The notes beneath the pieces are model-generated. The model worked only from the letters and a program-made list of their open reading frames with translations. It was not told the DNA's origin and did no database searches. DNA of 43,910 nt from assembly GCA_964460605.1 (NCBI GenBank), contig CAYWPT010000004.1, positions 1 to 43,910 of the forward strand. Direction: 5' to 3'. Position numbers and translations under genes: made by a program. Below are positions 28,287 to 38,054 of this stretch, piece after piece (position 1 is the stretch's first letter; every line of letters begins with the position of its first letter). This stretch comes from an uncultured Methanosarcinales archaeon (lineage in GTDB: Archaea; Nanobdellota; Nanobdellia; Woesearchaeales; GW2011-AR9).

Positions 28287-29566
28287 GCGACATCTACTTT
28301 TTGTACTTCCTCTTTTGCATCTTTAATCAAAAATAATTTATCATTAGCACGAATCTTAGCAGAAATTGGCATTGTAAAATCATCTCCTTTAGTAACTTTT
28401 TCCACATCATTCTCTTCAAGACGTAAAGAACTAACTTCCCCTTCAACAACACCAGTAGTTGGACCAGTTACTAAAAACTTATCTCCTTTACTTAACTCTA
28501 CTTTCCCTGCTTCGAAAAGAAACTCAGCAATACCCACTTTTTCAAAATAATTTTTAGCAACCCCTAAAAAAAATTTCTCATGAGTAGATTTGCTTCCGTA
28601 AGCTCCTGACCATTCACCTAATTCCTTTCCTAAGTAATATCCACCATGCCAAAACCCACGATTGAACACTTTAGATAAGTTTTCAGTCCATTGTTTTACT
28701 TTTTCTTCCTTGTTCTCTTGATAAGTACCAACCAAGTATTGGTCAACAGCTTCTCGATACGTACGAATTACCATATCAACATAATCTGGACTACGACCTC
28801 TACCTTCAAACTTCAATACTTTTACACCAGCATCTAAAATCTGATCAATAAAACCAACAGTACATAAATCTTTTGGTGACATCACATATTTGTTATCTAA
28901 AACTAATTCGTCACCAGTTTCTTCATCAATTACCCGATATTTTCTTCGACAGTTTTGTAGACATGCTCCACGGTTAGCAGAAGCATTGTAAGTGCCAAGA
29001 CTCATATAACATTTTCCAGAAACAGCAACACAAAGTGCACCATGAGCAAATAATTCTATCTCTAATAAATCACCTTTAGGACCTTTAATCTGTTCCTCTT
29101 TGATAGTATCACAAATTTTCTTGATTTGTTTAAGTGTTAATTCTCTTGCAAGTACAATAACATCAGCAAATTTAGCATAAAATTTTACTGCTTCAATATT
29201 AGTTACGTTACACTGAGTAGAAATGTGTACTTCTAAATTAATAGTGTTCGCATAAGAAATTGCTGAAATATCAGAAGCGATTACAGCAGAGATTTTAGCA
29301 ACTTTAGCAGCATCACAAATATTTTTCATTAAAGTTACATCATGATCATAAAGCACAGTGTTCAAAGTCAAATAAGATTTAACATTCTTTTCTTCACAGA
29401 TACTTGCTATTTTCTTCAAATCTTCAAGAGTAAAATTATTTGCAGCTCTCGCTCGCATATTCAATTGTTCAATACCAAAATATACTGAATCACAACCAGC
29501 ATTGATTGCCGCCATTAATGATTCATAACTCCCTGCAGGAGCCATAATTTCTACTTCTTTTTGCAT
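28280..29566 (-). CDS. Peptidase U32 family Fe-S protein (TrhP/PrtC-like)
   Basis: 'APAGS', 'HISTQ', 'LARELTL', 'HGALCVAVSGKC', 'ANRGACLQNCR', 'KFEGRGR'. Confidence 0.92.
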   Translation of the reverse strand: MQKEVEIMAPAGSYESLMAAINAGCDSVYFGIEQLNMRARAANNFTLEDLKKIASICEEKNVKSYLTLNTVLYDHDVTLMKNICDAAKVAKISAVIASDISAISYANTINLEVHISTQCNVTNIEAVKFYAKFADVIVLARELTLKQIKKICDTIKEEQIKGPKGDLLEIELFAHGALCVAVSGKCYMSLGTYNASANRGACLQNCRRKYRVIDEETGDELVLDNKYVMSPKDLCTVGFIDQILDAGVKVLKFEGRGRSPDYVDMVIRTYREAVDQYLVGTYQENKEEKVKQWTENLSKVFNRGFWHGGYYLGKELGEWSGAYGSKSTHEKFFLGVAKNYFEKVGIAEFLFEAGKVELSKGDKFLVTGPTTGVVEGEVSSLRLEENDVEKVTKGDDFTMPISAKIRANDKLFLIKDAKEEVQKVDVAW

Positions 29567-29647
29567 AACAAAGAAAATTAGAAGGTTATTTTTAAATCTT
29601 CACATGGAACAATAGCTTTTAATAGATGGCTAACATTATTTTAAAAA

Positions 29648-29986
29648 ATGATTAAACAAAAATCACATTGGTGGTGGCTAACTATATTTGCTCATCCTTA
29701 CACTAGTACCACTATTTGCCCACACATTTATCTCACAAGATCATATCATTTGCAAGAAAAAGAAGTACAGGAGTATCTTATCCTTCATGAAAATGTGCAT
29801 TTAAAACAACAAAAAGAGACAGGTTTGCTTAAATTTCTTTTCTTATATATCTTTGTATTTCCCTTATTTTGGAACCCTTATCGTTACAAATGGGAATTGG
29901 AAGCTTATCAAAAAGCAGGAATGAAGAAAGAAACCGCAAAAAAATATACTAAAGCTTGGAATTATGGCTTTTTGTTAAATAAATAA
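29648..29986 (+). CDS. Small membrane-associated zincin-like protein
   Basis: HExxH ('LHENVH'), hydrophobic stretch, downstream 'ELEAY'. Confidence 0.65.
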   Translation: MIKQKSHWWWLTIFAHPYTSTTICPHIYLTRSYHLQEKEVQEYLILHENVHLKQQKETGLLKFLFLYIFVFPLFWNPYRYKWELEAYQKAGMKKETAKKYTKAWNYGFLLNK

Positions 29987-30571
29987 TTACCAAGCATGAT
30001 ACTTTCCAACCATATCAAAGTATTTCTTTAATTCAGCTTGAAGCTTATAAGTATGATAATACAAGTTATCCCAGTACTGGATTTCAAATTCTTTTTGCAT
30101 CATTTTCATGTACAAAGTACCAAACATTTTAGCCCAGACCTGACCTTCTTTCTTCTTATCACCAAACTTCTTTTGCCAATCAAATTCTACTTTAGAAGTA
30201 ATTCGTAATTGAATTCTTGCGTTTGTTAAATGTTTTACCTTTCCGTCAACTTCTACATCAACTTCACGTAAATCAAATGCGAGACCACTGATGTGAATTC
30301 GGTATATAACAAAATCATTAATTTTTTTGTGCATCTCCCATTCCCATTCTTGTTCTGCACCCTTAGGACTTGGAACCTTATGCTTGTAATTTTGTTCGTT
30401 CCAAATGTAATTGTAACCTTTAGCCCAATCAATCATAGCAGCATACATGCCATCAAAATCAAAAATGCCATTATAACGCAAAGTCATATCATTTACTGGC
30501 CATTTTGCAGCAGCACCCTTCTGTAAATCCATCTTCCTGAAGGTTTTTTGCGCTATGTTTAATTTACCCAT
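29987..30571 (-). CDS. Hypothetical protein
   Basis: 194-aa globular-looking ORF with upstream TATA-like tract; function unknown. Confidence 0.7.
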   Translation of the reverse strand: MGKLNIAQKTFRKMDLQKGAAAKWPVNDMTLRYNGIFDFDGMYAAMIDWAKGYNYIWNEQNYKHKVPSPKGAEQEWEWEMHKKINDFVIYRIHISGLAFDLREVDVEVDGKVKHLTNARIQLRITSKVEFDWQKKFGDKKKEGQVWAKMFGTLYMKMMQKEFEIQYWDNLYYHTYKLQAELKKYFDMVGKYHAW

Positions 30572-30672
30572 AGAATATAGAGAGATAATTTATATATAAA
30601 GTTTCTTAAAGTAAACTGCTTTGTGAACTTCAAAAAAGTGACCTTTTTTGTAAAGCTTACTAGAAAAAAAGA

Positions 30673-33600
30673 TCAAAGAACATTAAAACTTAAAGTAAAA
30701 GTCTCAACCTTTACAGAATACTCTTGTGTATGTTGAGCACTAACAACAGCATTTTTACTAATCTCAATTTGTTCAGCCCCCACTTTTTCTTTAATATCTT
30801 TAGTATAGGCAACTAAACGTGTATCCATGTTCAATGAAGTTTGAATGTGTAACTTAATCCTGTCAGCTCTTTTCAATCCAGCATCTTTACGCATACTTTG
30901 TACTTGGCGCATAATTTCTCGTGCATATCCTTCGGTCATTAAATCATCATTGTATTGAGTGTTTAAGTATACTAAACCGCCTTTGAATTCAGCAGCTTTG
31001 TATTGGTCGGGAATGTCATGTTTTACATCAAGCATATCTAGCGTGATTGCAATTTGTTGCTCTTCTAACTCAAAAGTGTAATCACCATCTCCTAAAGCTT
31101 TAGAAATTTCTTCAGCAGGAGTTACTTTAATCTCTTGAGCAATTTTTTGAGTTAATTTTCCATACTTTTTCCCAATAGCTGCAAAGTTAGCAGAGTATTC
31201 TTCTTTCAAGTCTGCCATTTTTTCTTGCACAGTTATTTTTTTAGCGTTCAATTGTTGTTCAAGTAATGGAGTTAACCTTTCAATCCCGTTCCTAAGTTGT
31301 GGATTAGTACTTACAAAAACAAATTCTTTTACTGGCCACCTAAGACCTAAACTTGCTTTTTCCCTAGTATTCAAAGCTGCTTGTAAAATTGATGCAAATA
31401 ATTGCATGTCCCTTTCAAGTTCTTCATTGATTTTTGAATCATCCACTTGTGGCCACATATAGTGTGATAATGATTTTTCTTCTAAAGTAAAGTGCTCTTT
31501 GAAGTTTAAGTAAAATGCTTCACAAATAAATGGGATTACTAATTGCATCATTTGGATACCTTCTAAAAAGACTTTACCCATGGTTCTTGCAACAGCTGCT
31601 TTCTCTTCTCTGCTACCTAAAGCAATTTTATCTCGTACTGATTGCACATAAGTTCTACTTAAATCTAAAAATAATTCTTCTAATGGAGTAATAACTTCAT
31701 CTAATCTATATGTTTCCATTAATTCAGTTACTTCTTTTTTTGTACTCTCTAATCGTGAGAGCATAAACTTTTCTTCATTAGCTAAATGCTGCTCGACATC
31801 TTGCATTGGCAAAGTGAAAGGATTAATGTTTGCTTCATTTCCTAAATCAATGAGCATCTTGTGTAAGTTCCACATAATATTCATGTTTCTTGACTTTACA
31901 GTTAACTCATCCCATGAAAAATTAATATCTTCACCAGCATTATTTTGAGTCATGTAGTAACGCATAGTATCTACTGAACTTTTGTCAATAACCTCGTAAG
32001 GAGAGATAACGTTTCCAATACTTTTACTCATCTTTACGCCATCAACATCAGTTACAAAACCATGCATGTACACTGATTTGAAACTTGGTTTATCAAGAGC
32101 AAGCATGGAAGCCACCATCAATAAATTGTACCAACCACGAATCTGATCTTTACCTTCCAGAATAAAATCTACTGGGAACCATTGATCAAGTAAATCTGGG
32201 TTAGTTGGATAATCTAAACAGTTCCATGAGGTTGTTCCTGCATCAATCCATACATCTAGAACATCAGGCACTCTTCGATAGGTTTTTCCATTCTTTTTGA
32301 TAAGAACATCATCAATATGGGGGATGTGCATTTCTTCAACTTTTACCCCAGATAATTCTTCTAATTCTTTTAAATTTTCAACAACAATATAATCATCATC
32401 GTTCTCTTCGTTAATCCAGATTGGTACTGGTGTTCCCCAATACCTTTGTTTAGTAATAGAGTTGTCTCTTAAATTTTCTAACCATGAAGTGAATGCGTTT
32501 TTACCTGCTTCAGGGTTCCACTTAATCTTTTTATTTGCAGCAAGCATTTGTTCTTTAAGATCTTCAACTTTGAAGAACCATTGTTTAGTTGTTCTAAAAA
32601 TAACTGGTTCATGACTTCTCTCACCATGAGGATAATCGTGTACATAAGTCTCTTTTGCTAAGAGTGCATCTGCCCAATGAATTGCTTGGATAAATTTAAC
32701 ATCATCTGTTTTTGCTTTGTAACCAGAGAATTGCCCAAGGTTTTGGAAAAATCCTGCTTCATCCACACAATTGAATGGAAGAATTTTGTTCTCATGTCCT
32801 ACCTCATAATCCTCAGGACCGCAACCTGGTGCACAGTGTACTAAACCAGTGCCTGCAGAATCGTCAACATATTCTTTGCTCAGAAGAATAGAATAAAGTT
32901 TAGGGTTTTCTTGTAATTCTTTAGGGAAGTGTTCTTTAACATTAAGAGGGTGCCTATACTTTTTTCCTTCTAATGTTGCTCCCTTATATTCTCCTAGTAA
33001 CTTATAATCATCTTTTTCTACTTTTGCTTTTTCTAAAACCTTTTCATGTAATGATTTTGCTAGTGTCCAAATTTCTTCACCCACTTTTACATCAACATAA
33101 TCTAATTCTGGGTTCACCATTATTGCTAAATTTAATGGAATTGTCCAAGGAGTAGTTGTCCATACCACAAAATAATGTTGTGGATTATCAACAGATTGTA
33201 ATTTTACATAAATTGAAGTATCTTTGATATTCTTATATTCTAATTCATGTTTAGCTACAGAAGTTTGTGTTGCAGCATCCCAATGCATTGTTCTCAGACC
33301 CCTATAGAGTCTTCCTTTTTTATGAGCTTGAGATATTAACCACCATTCTGCTTGCATAAACGCGTTGGAAATTGGTTGATAAGGGTTAGTAAAATCTAAA
33401 CTAGCCCCAATACGTTGGAAATCAACGTTCATTTTTTCCATCATCTCAATACAGAACTTTTTACATTCTTGAGTGAATTTTTCTACACCAAATTTTTCAA
33501 TGTCTACCTTGTCCTTTAATTCAAATTTAGCCATTACTTTTTGTTCAGTCGGAAGACCATGCATATCATAACCCATCCTGTCCCAAACATTAAAACCATT

Positions 33601-33813
33601 CATACGTTTGTACCTTAAGACCATGTCTTTGAGTGCCATGTTCCAAGCGTGTCCTAAATGAATTCTTCCACTGGTATATGGTGGACCTTCTAAAAAGTAA
33701 TATTTTTTTCCGTCTTTATTCCTTTTTCTGAGATCTTCTACTACTTCATTAGCTTTCCAGAATTGTAGAATTGAAGGTTCAATTTCTTTAGGTTTAAATG
33801 AGCTATACTTCAT
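30673..33813 (-). CDS. ileS: Isoleucine--tRNA ligase
   Basis: EGPPY..HLGH, GYDMHGLP, WTTTPWT, GTGLVH, EGKDQIRGW, KMSKS. Confidence 0.97.
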   Translation of the reverse strand: MKYSSFKPKEIEPSILQFWKANEVVEDLRKRNKDGKKYYFLEGPPYTSGRIHLGHAWNMALKDMVLRYKRMNGFNVWDRMGYDMHGLPTEQKVMAKFELKDKVDIEKFGVEKFTQECKKFCIEMMEKMNVDFQRIGASLDFTNPYQPISNAFMQAEWWLISQAHKKGRLYRGLRTMHWDAATQTSVAKHELEYKNIKDTSIYVKLQSVDNPQHYFVVWTTTPWTIPLNLAIMVNPELDYVDVKVGEEIWTLAKSLHEKVLEKAKVEKDDYKLLGEYKGATLEGKKYRHPLNVKEHFPKELQENPKLYSILLSKEYVDDSAGTGLVHCAPGCGPEDYEVGHENKILPFNCVDEAGFFQNLGQFSGYKAKTDDVKFIQAIHWADALLAKETYVHDYPHGERSHEPVIFRTTKQWFFKVEDLKEQMLAANKKIKWNPEAGKNAFTSWLENLRDNSITKQRYWGTPVPIWINEENDDDYIVVENLKELEELSGVKVEEMHIPHIDDVLIKKNGKTYRRVPDVLDVWIDAGTTSWNCLDYPTNPDLLDQWFPVDFILEGKDQIRGWYNLLMVASMLALDKPSFKSVYMHGFVTDVDGVKMSKSIGNVISPYEVIDKSSVDTMRYYMTQNNAGEDINFSWDELTVKSRNMNIMWNLHKMLIDLGNEANINPFTLPMQDVEQHLANEEKFMLSRLESTKKEVTELMETYRLDEVITPLEELFLDLSRTYVQSVRDKIALGSREEKAAVARTMGKVFLEGIQMMQLVIPFICEAFYLNFKEHFTLEEKSLSHYMWPQVDDSKINEELERDMQLFASILQAALNTREKASLGLRWPVKEFVFVSTNPQLRNGIERLTPLLEQQLNAKKITVQEKMADLKEEYSANFAAIGKKYGKLTQKIAQEIKVTPAEEISKALGDGDYTFELEEQQIAITLDMLDVKHDIPDQYKAAEFKGGLVYLNTQYNDDLMTEGYAREIMRQVQSMRKDAGLKRADRIKLHIQTSLNMDTRLVAYTKDIKEKVGAEQIEISKNAVVSAQHTQEYSVKVETFTLSFNVL

Positions 33814-33863
33814 AGTGCAATGTGAATGGGAATTCTTTTAAAAAACTATTGATAGAAGATACT

Positions 33864-34946
33864 TTATTTCAAGTTAATAACGTAACCACGACCACGCTTA
33901 ATACGCTCTATCTGTTCTTGGAATTCTAAACCGTTGAGAATAGTTAAAACTGTCTCTTCAGGTAAGTGTGATAATTCTTTCATAAATTTACTTTGAGGCA
34001 CAGAACCACCATTAGCTTTTAAGATTCTGAGTACTTGTGAGACATATTTAGCGCTGTCCTCATCTATCTCTGGTGTTGTACTTGCTTCCTCTACTTTAGT
34101 ACTTTTCTTTTTCTCAGCTTCTTCTAATAATTCACCAGCATCAAATAATTCGCTTTCAAGTGCAAAGGTTTCTTCATCAACTTCAACTTCAACGTCTTTA
34201 GCAACTTCTTTTTCCTGTACATCTTCTAAAACTTCTTTTGTTTTATTTACTTGCACCTTAGTTGATTTTTCAACTTTGACTTCTTTCTCTTCTTCTTTGA
34301 TAAGTTCATCTAGCATTTCAGCTGTTAGTTCTTGATTTTTAGCTTCTACTGTTATGGAGGGTGTTTTTTCCTCTTTTTTTGAAACTTCTTCTTTTTTCTC
34401 TACAACTTTTTTTGTTGCCTTTGGCCCAGAGCCAATAGTGATCTCCTTTATTTTTGTAGTTTCCTTTTTTGTATCAGGTTTTTTATTTTTTCTTAGTCTG
34501 TTTCTGAGTAAGAAGAGCGTAAAGAATAAAACAAAGAAGAGTACAAATGTTAATAATAACTCTTTTAAGAATAATGCCGGGCTTGCGAATTTAGCTAAAG
34601 TAAAGCTTTCATCAAATAAAGATTCTTGTTGCGCATAATTTGGGAATAATACTAAATCGTGATATTGTTTTTCATTACCAATTACTCCAACTTCTTCTGT
34701 AGTTCCAAATTTATCAGAGCTTGCAGTGATAGTATAAGTTCCAGGTTCTACTTGAAAACGATAAATACCATTCTCAGAATAAATCTCTTGTACTGGGTTT
34801 GTTGAAATACTTACAGTAACACTCTCAATTAAACTTAATTTATGATTATATAAATTACCTTCCAATGTCAGAGCTTGAGCTGACGTAATAAGAATTAAAA
34901 GTATACTCAAAAATACAAATACTCTGAGTCTTGTCTTCATGCACAT
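33864..34946 (-). CDS. Signal peptide + beta-sandwich + TM + charged linker + C-terminal wHTH protein
   Basis: 'PGTYTITAS' (carboxypeptidase-regulatory-like), TM, C-terminal 'GGSVPQS...IERIKRGRGYVINL'. Confidence 0.75.
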   Translation of the reverse strand: MCMKTRLRVFVFLSILLILITSAQALTLEGNLYNHKLSLIESVTVSISTNPVQEIYSENGIYRFQVEPGTYTITASSDKFGTTEEVGVIGNEKQYHDLVLFPNYAQQESLFDESFTLAKFASPALFLKELLLTFVLFFVLFFTLFLLRNRLRKNKKPDTKKETTKIKEITIGSGPKATKKVVEKKEEVSKKEEKTPSITVEAKNQELTAEMLDELIKEEEKEVKVEKSTKVQVNKTKEVLEDVQEKEVAKDVEVEVDEETFALESELFDAGELLEEAEKKKSTKVEEASTTPEIDEDSAKYVSQVLRILKANGGSVPQSKFMKELSHLPEETVLTILNGLEFQEQIERIKRGRGYVINLK

Positions 34947-35055
34947 TATGTGTGAATTTTAATTTAAATACTTTGTTATGCTTGAAGAAATAGTATTAGA
35001 ATAGATTGCTTGCATTATCTTAATCTTTAAATATGTCTTTTTCGCTTAAGAATGT

Positions 35056-35652
35056 ATGAAAAGGTTCTTAGCATTAATGGTCCTTGTACTTTTTTTGGTA
35101 TCTTTAGGGATTGTCATTGCAGATAATCATGAAGAAGGTGATTTGCTTCCCAGAGTTATGCATGTTATAGAATTAGCTGAGTTTAAATCAAGTTCTTCTC
35201 TAGATAAAGAGTTTTTTGTAGAGAAATTAGAAACATTTGCTGTGCTTGAACAAGAATTAGCTGAGAGTGATGATATAGGTAGAATAAAAGACATCCATTC
35301 AGAGATTCAAGCAGAATGGGGAGAATGTATTTTATTAGTGCGTTATACTGCAGTAGAAAGTAAAAAAGCTGAGTTAGCTGATTTCTTTGCTTTTAAAGAA
35401 GATATACAAGAAGCTCTTTTTTATCGTGGACGTATCTCTTTAGCTCGAGGTGGAGACAAAGATAGAATTAGTCAAAGTATTGCTTCGTTTAATTCTAAGT
35501 TGAGTGAAGCTGAGAGCATGTTTACTTCTGTAGCTTCAATTAGGAAAGGTGATGCAGGCAGTTTAAATGATGTTTTTGCTTCATTGGAAGAAGTTGAAGT
35601 GAAATTGTTAGAAGCGCAAGAAATAATGCAAGAGTTTGTTTTGAGTAATTAG
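35056..35652 (+). CDS. Secreted alpha-helical protein
   Basis: Signal peptide ending VIA; helical E-rich body. Confidence 0.7.
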   Translation: MKRFLALMVLVLFLVSLGIVIADNHEEGDLLPRVMHVIELAEFKSSSSLDKEFFVEKLETFAVLEQELAESDDIGRIKDIHSEIQAEWGECILLVRYTAVESKKAELADFFAFKEDIQEALFYRGRISLARGGDKDRISQSIASFNSKLSEAESMFTSVASIRKGDAGSLNDVFASLEEVEVKLLEAQEIMQEFVLSN

Positions 35653-35654
35653 AT

Positions 35655-36419
35655 TTATTTAAGAATTATCACATTACCTCGTCCTTTCTTGATTTTTTCA
35701 ATCTTTCCTTTGTGGACAAGGTCTGTTAATACTAAACTCACCTTAGCTTCAGATATATCCATGAGCTCTTTTCTGAGTTGTTTTTGGGAAACTCTTCCTT
35801 CGTTAGTTTTTAAAAATGTAAGTACTCTCTTTGATAAAACATCATCTGATTCTTCCTTAGTTTTAGGTTCGGATTCTTTTACTAAATCTGCTTTCTCTTC
35901 TTCAGATTCTACTTTTTTTTCTTTCTTAGGTTCTTCTACTTTTGGCTCTTCTTTCTTCTTTTCATCTTTGAAAACTTTAGTTCTCAATAGTACAAAAAGT
36001 CCAATTCCTATGAATGCCAATAATACAATAAGGTCTATACTCAAACCATATTTGGGATCTATTTCAATATCTGCAGTGTTTGGATCTAAATCATCCCATA
36101 AATCATCTTCATCAGCAAAACTTGGGAATAAGAATAAGTCATATATTATATCATCTTCTTGAATTGATATAGATTCCACCGCTTCTAAATCAGCCCATCT
36201 TGCCTTTAGAATATAATCACCCTTTGCTAATTCAAAAGAATATGTTGAGCTTTCTGCTAAGATTTTCTGAGTAGTATCACCACTAATATCTATGATTGCA
36301 TCATTTAACTCATTTAATTGATAATCATAGATGATTCCTGAGATAGTCGTAGCTGATGCTGGTTGTATTGTTAATAAAATCATAGATATAATAAATAATA
36401 CAGATAAATAAAGTTTCAT
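35655..36419 (-). CDS. Membrane-tethered wHTH protein, paralog of 33864-34946
   Basis: Same architecture; shared 'DLxLFP' and 'GRVSQKQLRK...SEAKVSLVLTDL...GKIEKIKKGRGNVIILK'. Confidence 0.8.
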   Translation of the reverse strand: MKLYLSVLFIISMILLTIQPASATTISGIIYDYQLNELNDAIIDISGDTTQKILAESSTYSFELAKGDYILKARWADLEAVESISIQEDDIIYDLFLFPSFADEDDLWDDLDPNTADIEIDPKYGLSIDLIVLLAFIGIGLFVLLRTKVFKDEKKKEEPKVEEPKKEKKVESEEEKADLVKESEPKTKEESDDVLSKRVLTFLKTNEGRVSQKQLRKELMDISEAKVSLVLTDLVHKGKIEKIKKGRGNVIILK

Positions 36420-36686
36420 AATTTTTCAAAAATTGAATAGTATAAAAATCTTGTTAAAAATTAATAATTTCGCCCAATCTCTTAAAAATCTACTCTGTTT
36501 TATCATCTAGCGGTTATTTCAACCCGGAGATTTAATTTAAAGAAGAATAAAGTTTTGTAAAGAGTTAGAAGAAAAATATCACCTTATTTGTTAGTGATTC
36601 TAAAAGTATCTTTAAAAAGAAGATTGAAGATTGTAAATGTCATAACACAAAATTAAAGAGGTTGAGAGACTTCAGAGGTTAAAAAA

Positions 36687-37730
36687 ATGGTTAAAAAAAT
36701 AATGGGATTGTTATTACTTATGGTAATGATGATGAGTATGGTTCCTGTAGCATTTGCTCAAACAGATTCTACAGCTGATGATAATATAGTGGACGATGAA
36801 TCAGATGTATTAACATCTATAAAAAATGAAAAGACTAGGATTAAATTAATTGATGGAGAATTATTTAAAGTTAAAAGAACTAAAGAAATAAGTAAAATAG
36901 GTGTAGATTTCCAAAAAAAGAAAATTTCAGCTAAAGATAAAGTAAAAGAATTTAAAAAAGATTTAGAAAGATTACAAAATTTAAAAGAAAATCATAAAGA
37001 AAAAAAAGAGAAATATTTAATCAAAAGTAAAGATGCTAAGAGATTACATAAAGAACTTAGAGAGTGCAGGTCAACACAAGAGGATTGTAGTGATTTATTT
37101 CATAAAAGAAATAATATAATTAGACAACAAATTTTATCAGCATCTGAATACATTACATCAGCTTTAGATAAATTAGAAAATCGTGTTGAAGCCTCAGAAA
37201 CTTTAGATGAAGATGAGAAGGATTTTCTTTTTGAAGAAATCGCAACTGACAGATTAGCTATAGAAAATGCAGTAAATAATCTTAAAGGATTAAGTGAAGA
37301 TGAAGACGTTAACGGTGAAGAAATCCGTGAAGCAATTAAAGAGCTAAAAGTTGTTATGAAGACAGCACATCCTAATTTTAAATGGACAATTGCTATATTA
37401 ATTAATAGTAAAATTAATGGAATTGTAGAAGATTTTGATACTAGTGTTGAAAAAATTGAAGATAAGATTAGTTTAGCTGAAGAAGAAGGATACGACACAT
37501 CAAATCTTGAAGATTTATTAGGGGAATATGATACATTAGTTGAAAATGCTAGAAACAATCATCAAGCCGCCCAGGATTTGTACATCTCTGCATTTAATGA
37601 TGGAAGAAATCAAGATGTTGCAGAAGAAGGACGTGCCTTACAACAAGATGCTCGTGAAAATCTTCGTGAAGCTAAAAGTGTTCTTAAAAAAATATTCCAA
37701 GAATTAAGAACTTTAGAAGCTAGTGAATAG
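36687..37730 (+). CDS. Secreted coiled-coil protein
   Basis: Signal peptide ending AFA; long heptad helices; GAGGT RBS. Confidence 0.75.
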   Translation: MVKKIMGLLLLMVMMMSMVPVAFAQTDSTADDNIVDDESDVLTSIKNEKTRIKLIDGELFKVKRTKEISKIGVDFQKKKISAKDKVKEFKKDLERLQNLKENHKEKKEKYLIKSKDAKRLHKELRECRSTQEDCSDLFHKRNNIIRQQILSASEYITSALDKLENRVEASETLDEDEKDFLFEEIATDRLAIENAVNNLKGLSEDEDVNGEEIREAIKELKVVMKTAHPNFKWTIAILINSKINGIVEDFDTSVEKIEDKISLAEEEGYDTSNLEDLLGEYDTLVENARNNHQAAQDLYISAFNDGRNQDVAEEGRALQQDARENLREAKSVLKKIFQELRTLEASE

Positions 37731-37833
37731 TTCCAGAAGTAATCAAAGATTACTATTGTGCAAATAAAGTAGTTTCTTTATTTTGCCATTTTCTTTTTTT
37801 TATTATTATATAACATTCTTACTTAAACCCAAC

Positions 37834-37871
37834 GAGTACTCAGGGAATCGCCTCTTTTTCCCTGGGTGCTC
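37834..37871 (+). other. 14-bp GC-rich hairpin in intergenic region
   Basis: GAGTACTCAGGGAA / TTCCCTGGGTGCTC pair fully on the + strand using two G-U wobbles. Confidence 0.55.
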
Positions 37872-38054
37872 TTATTTTCTTGACAAATATGTCACACTTC
37901 CCCCCACAATTTTTATAAGTAATTAAAGTATATTCTAGAGCACATAGTTAAAATGTCACAGTAGTGACTTTAAAAGAAATGACAGAGGAAGATTAAATGG
38001 CTAACAAAAATCAAAGATTTTTGGGACCCATTTTAAAACTAGGAGAAATTTAAA

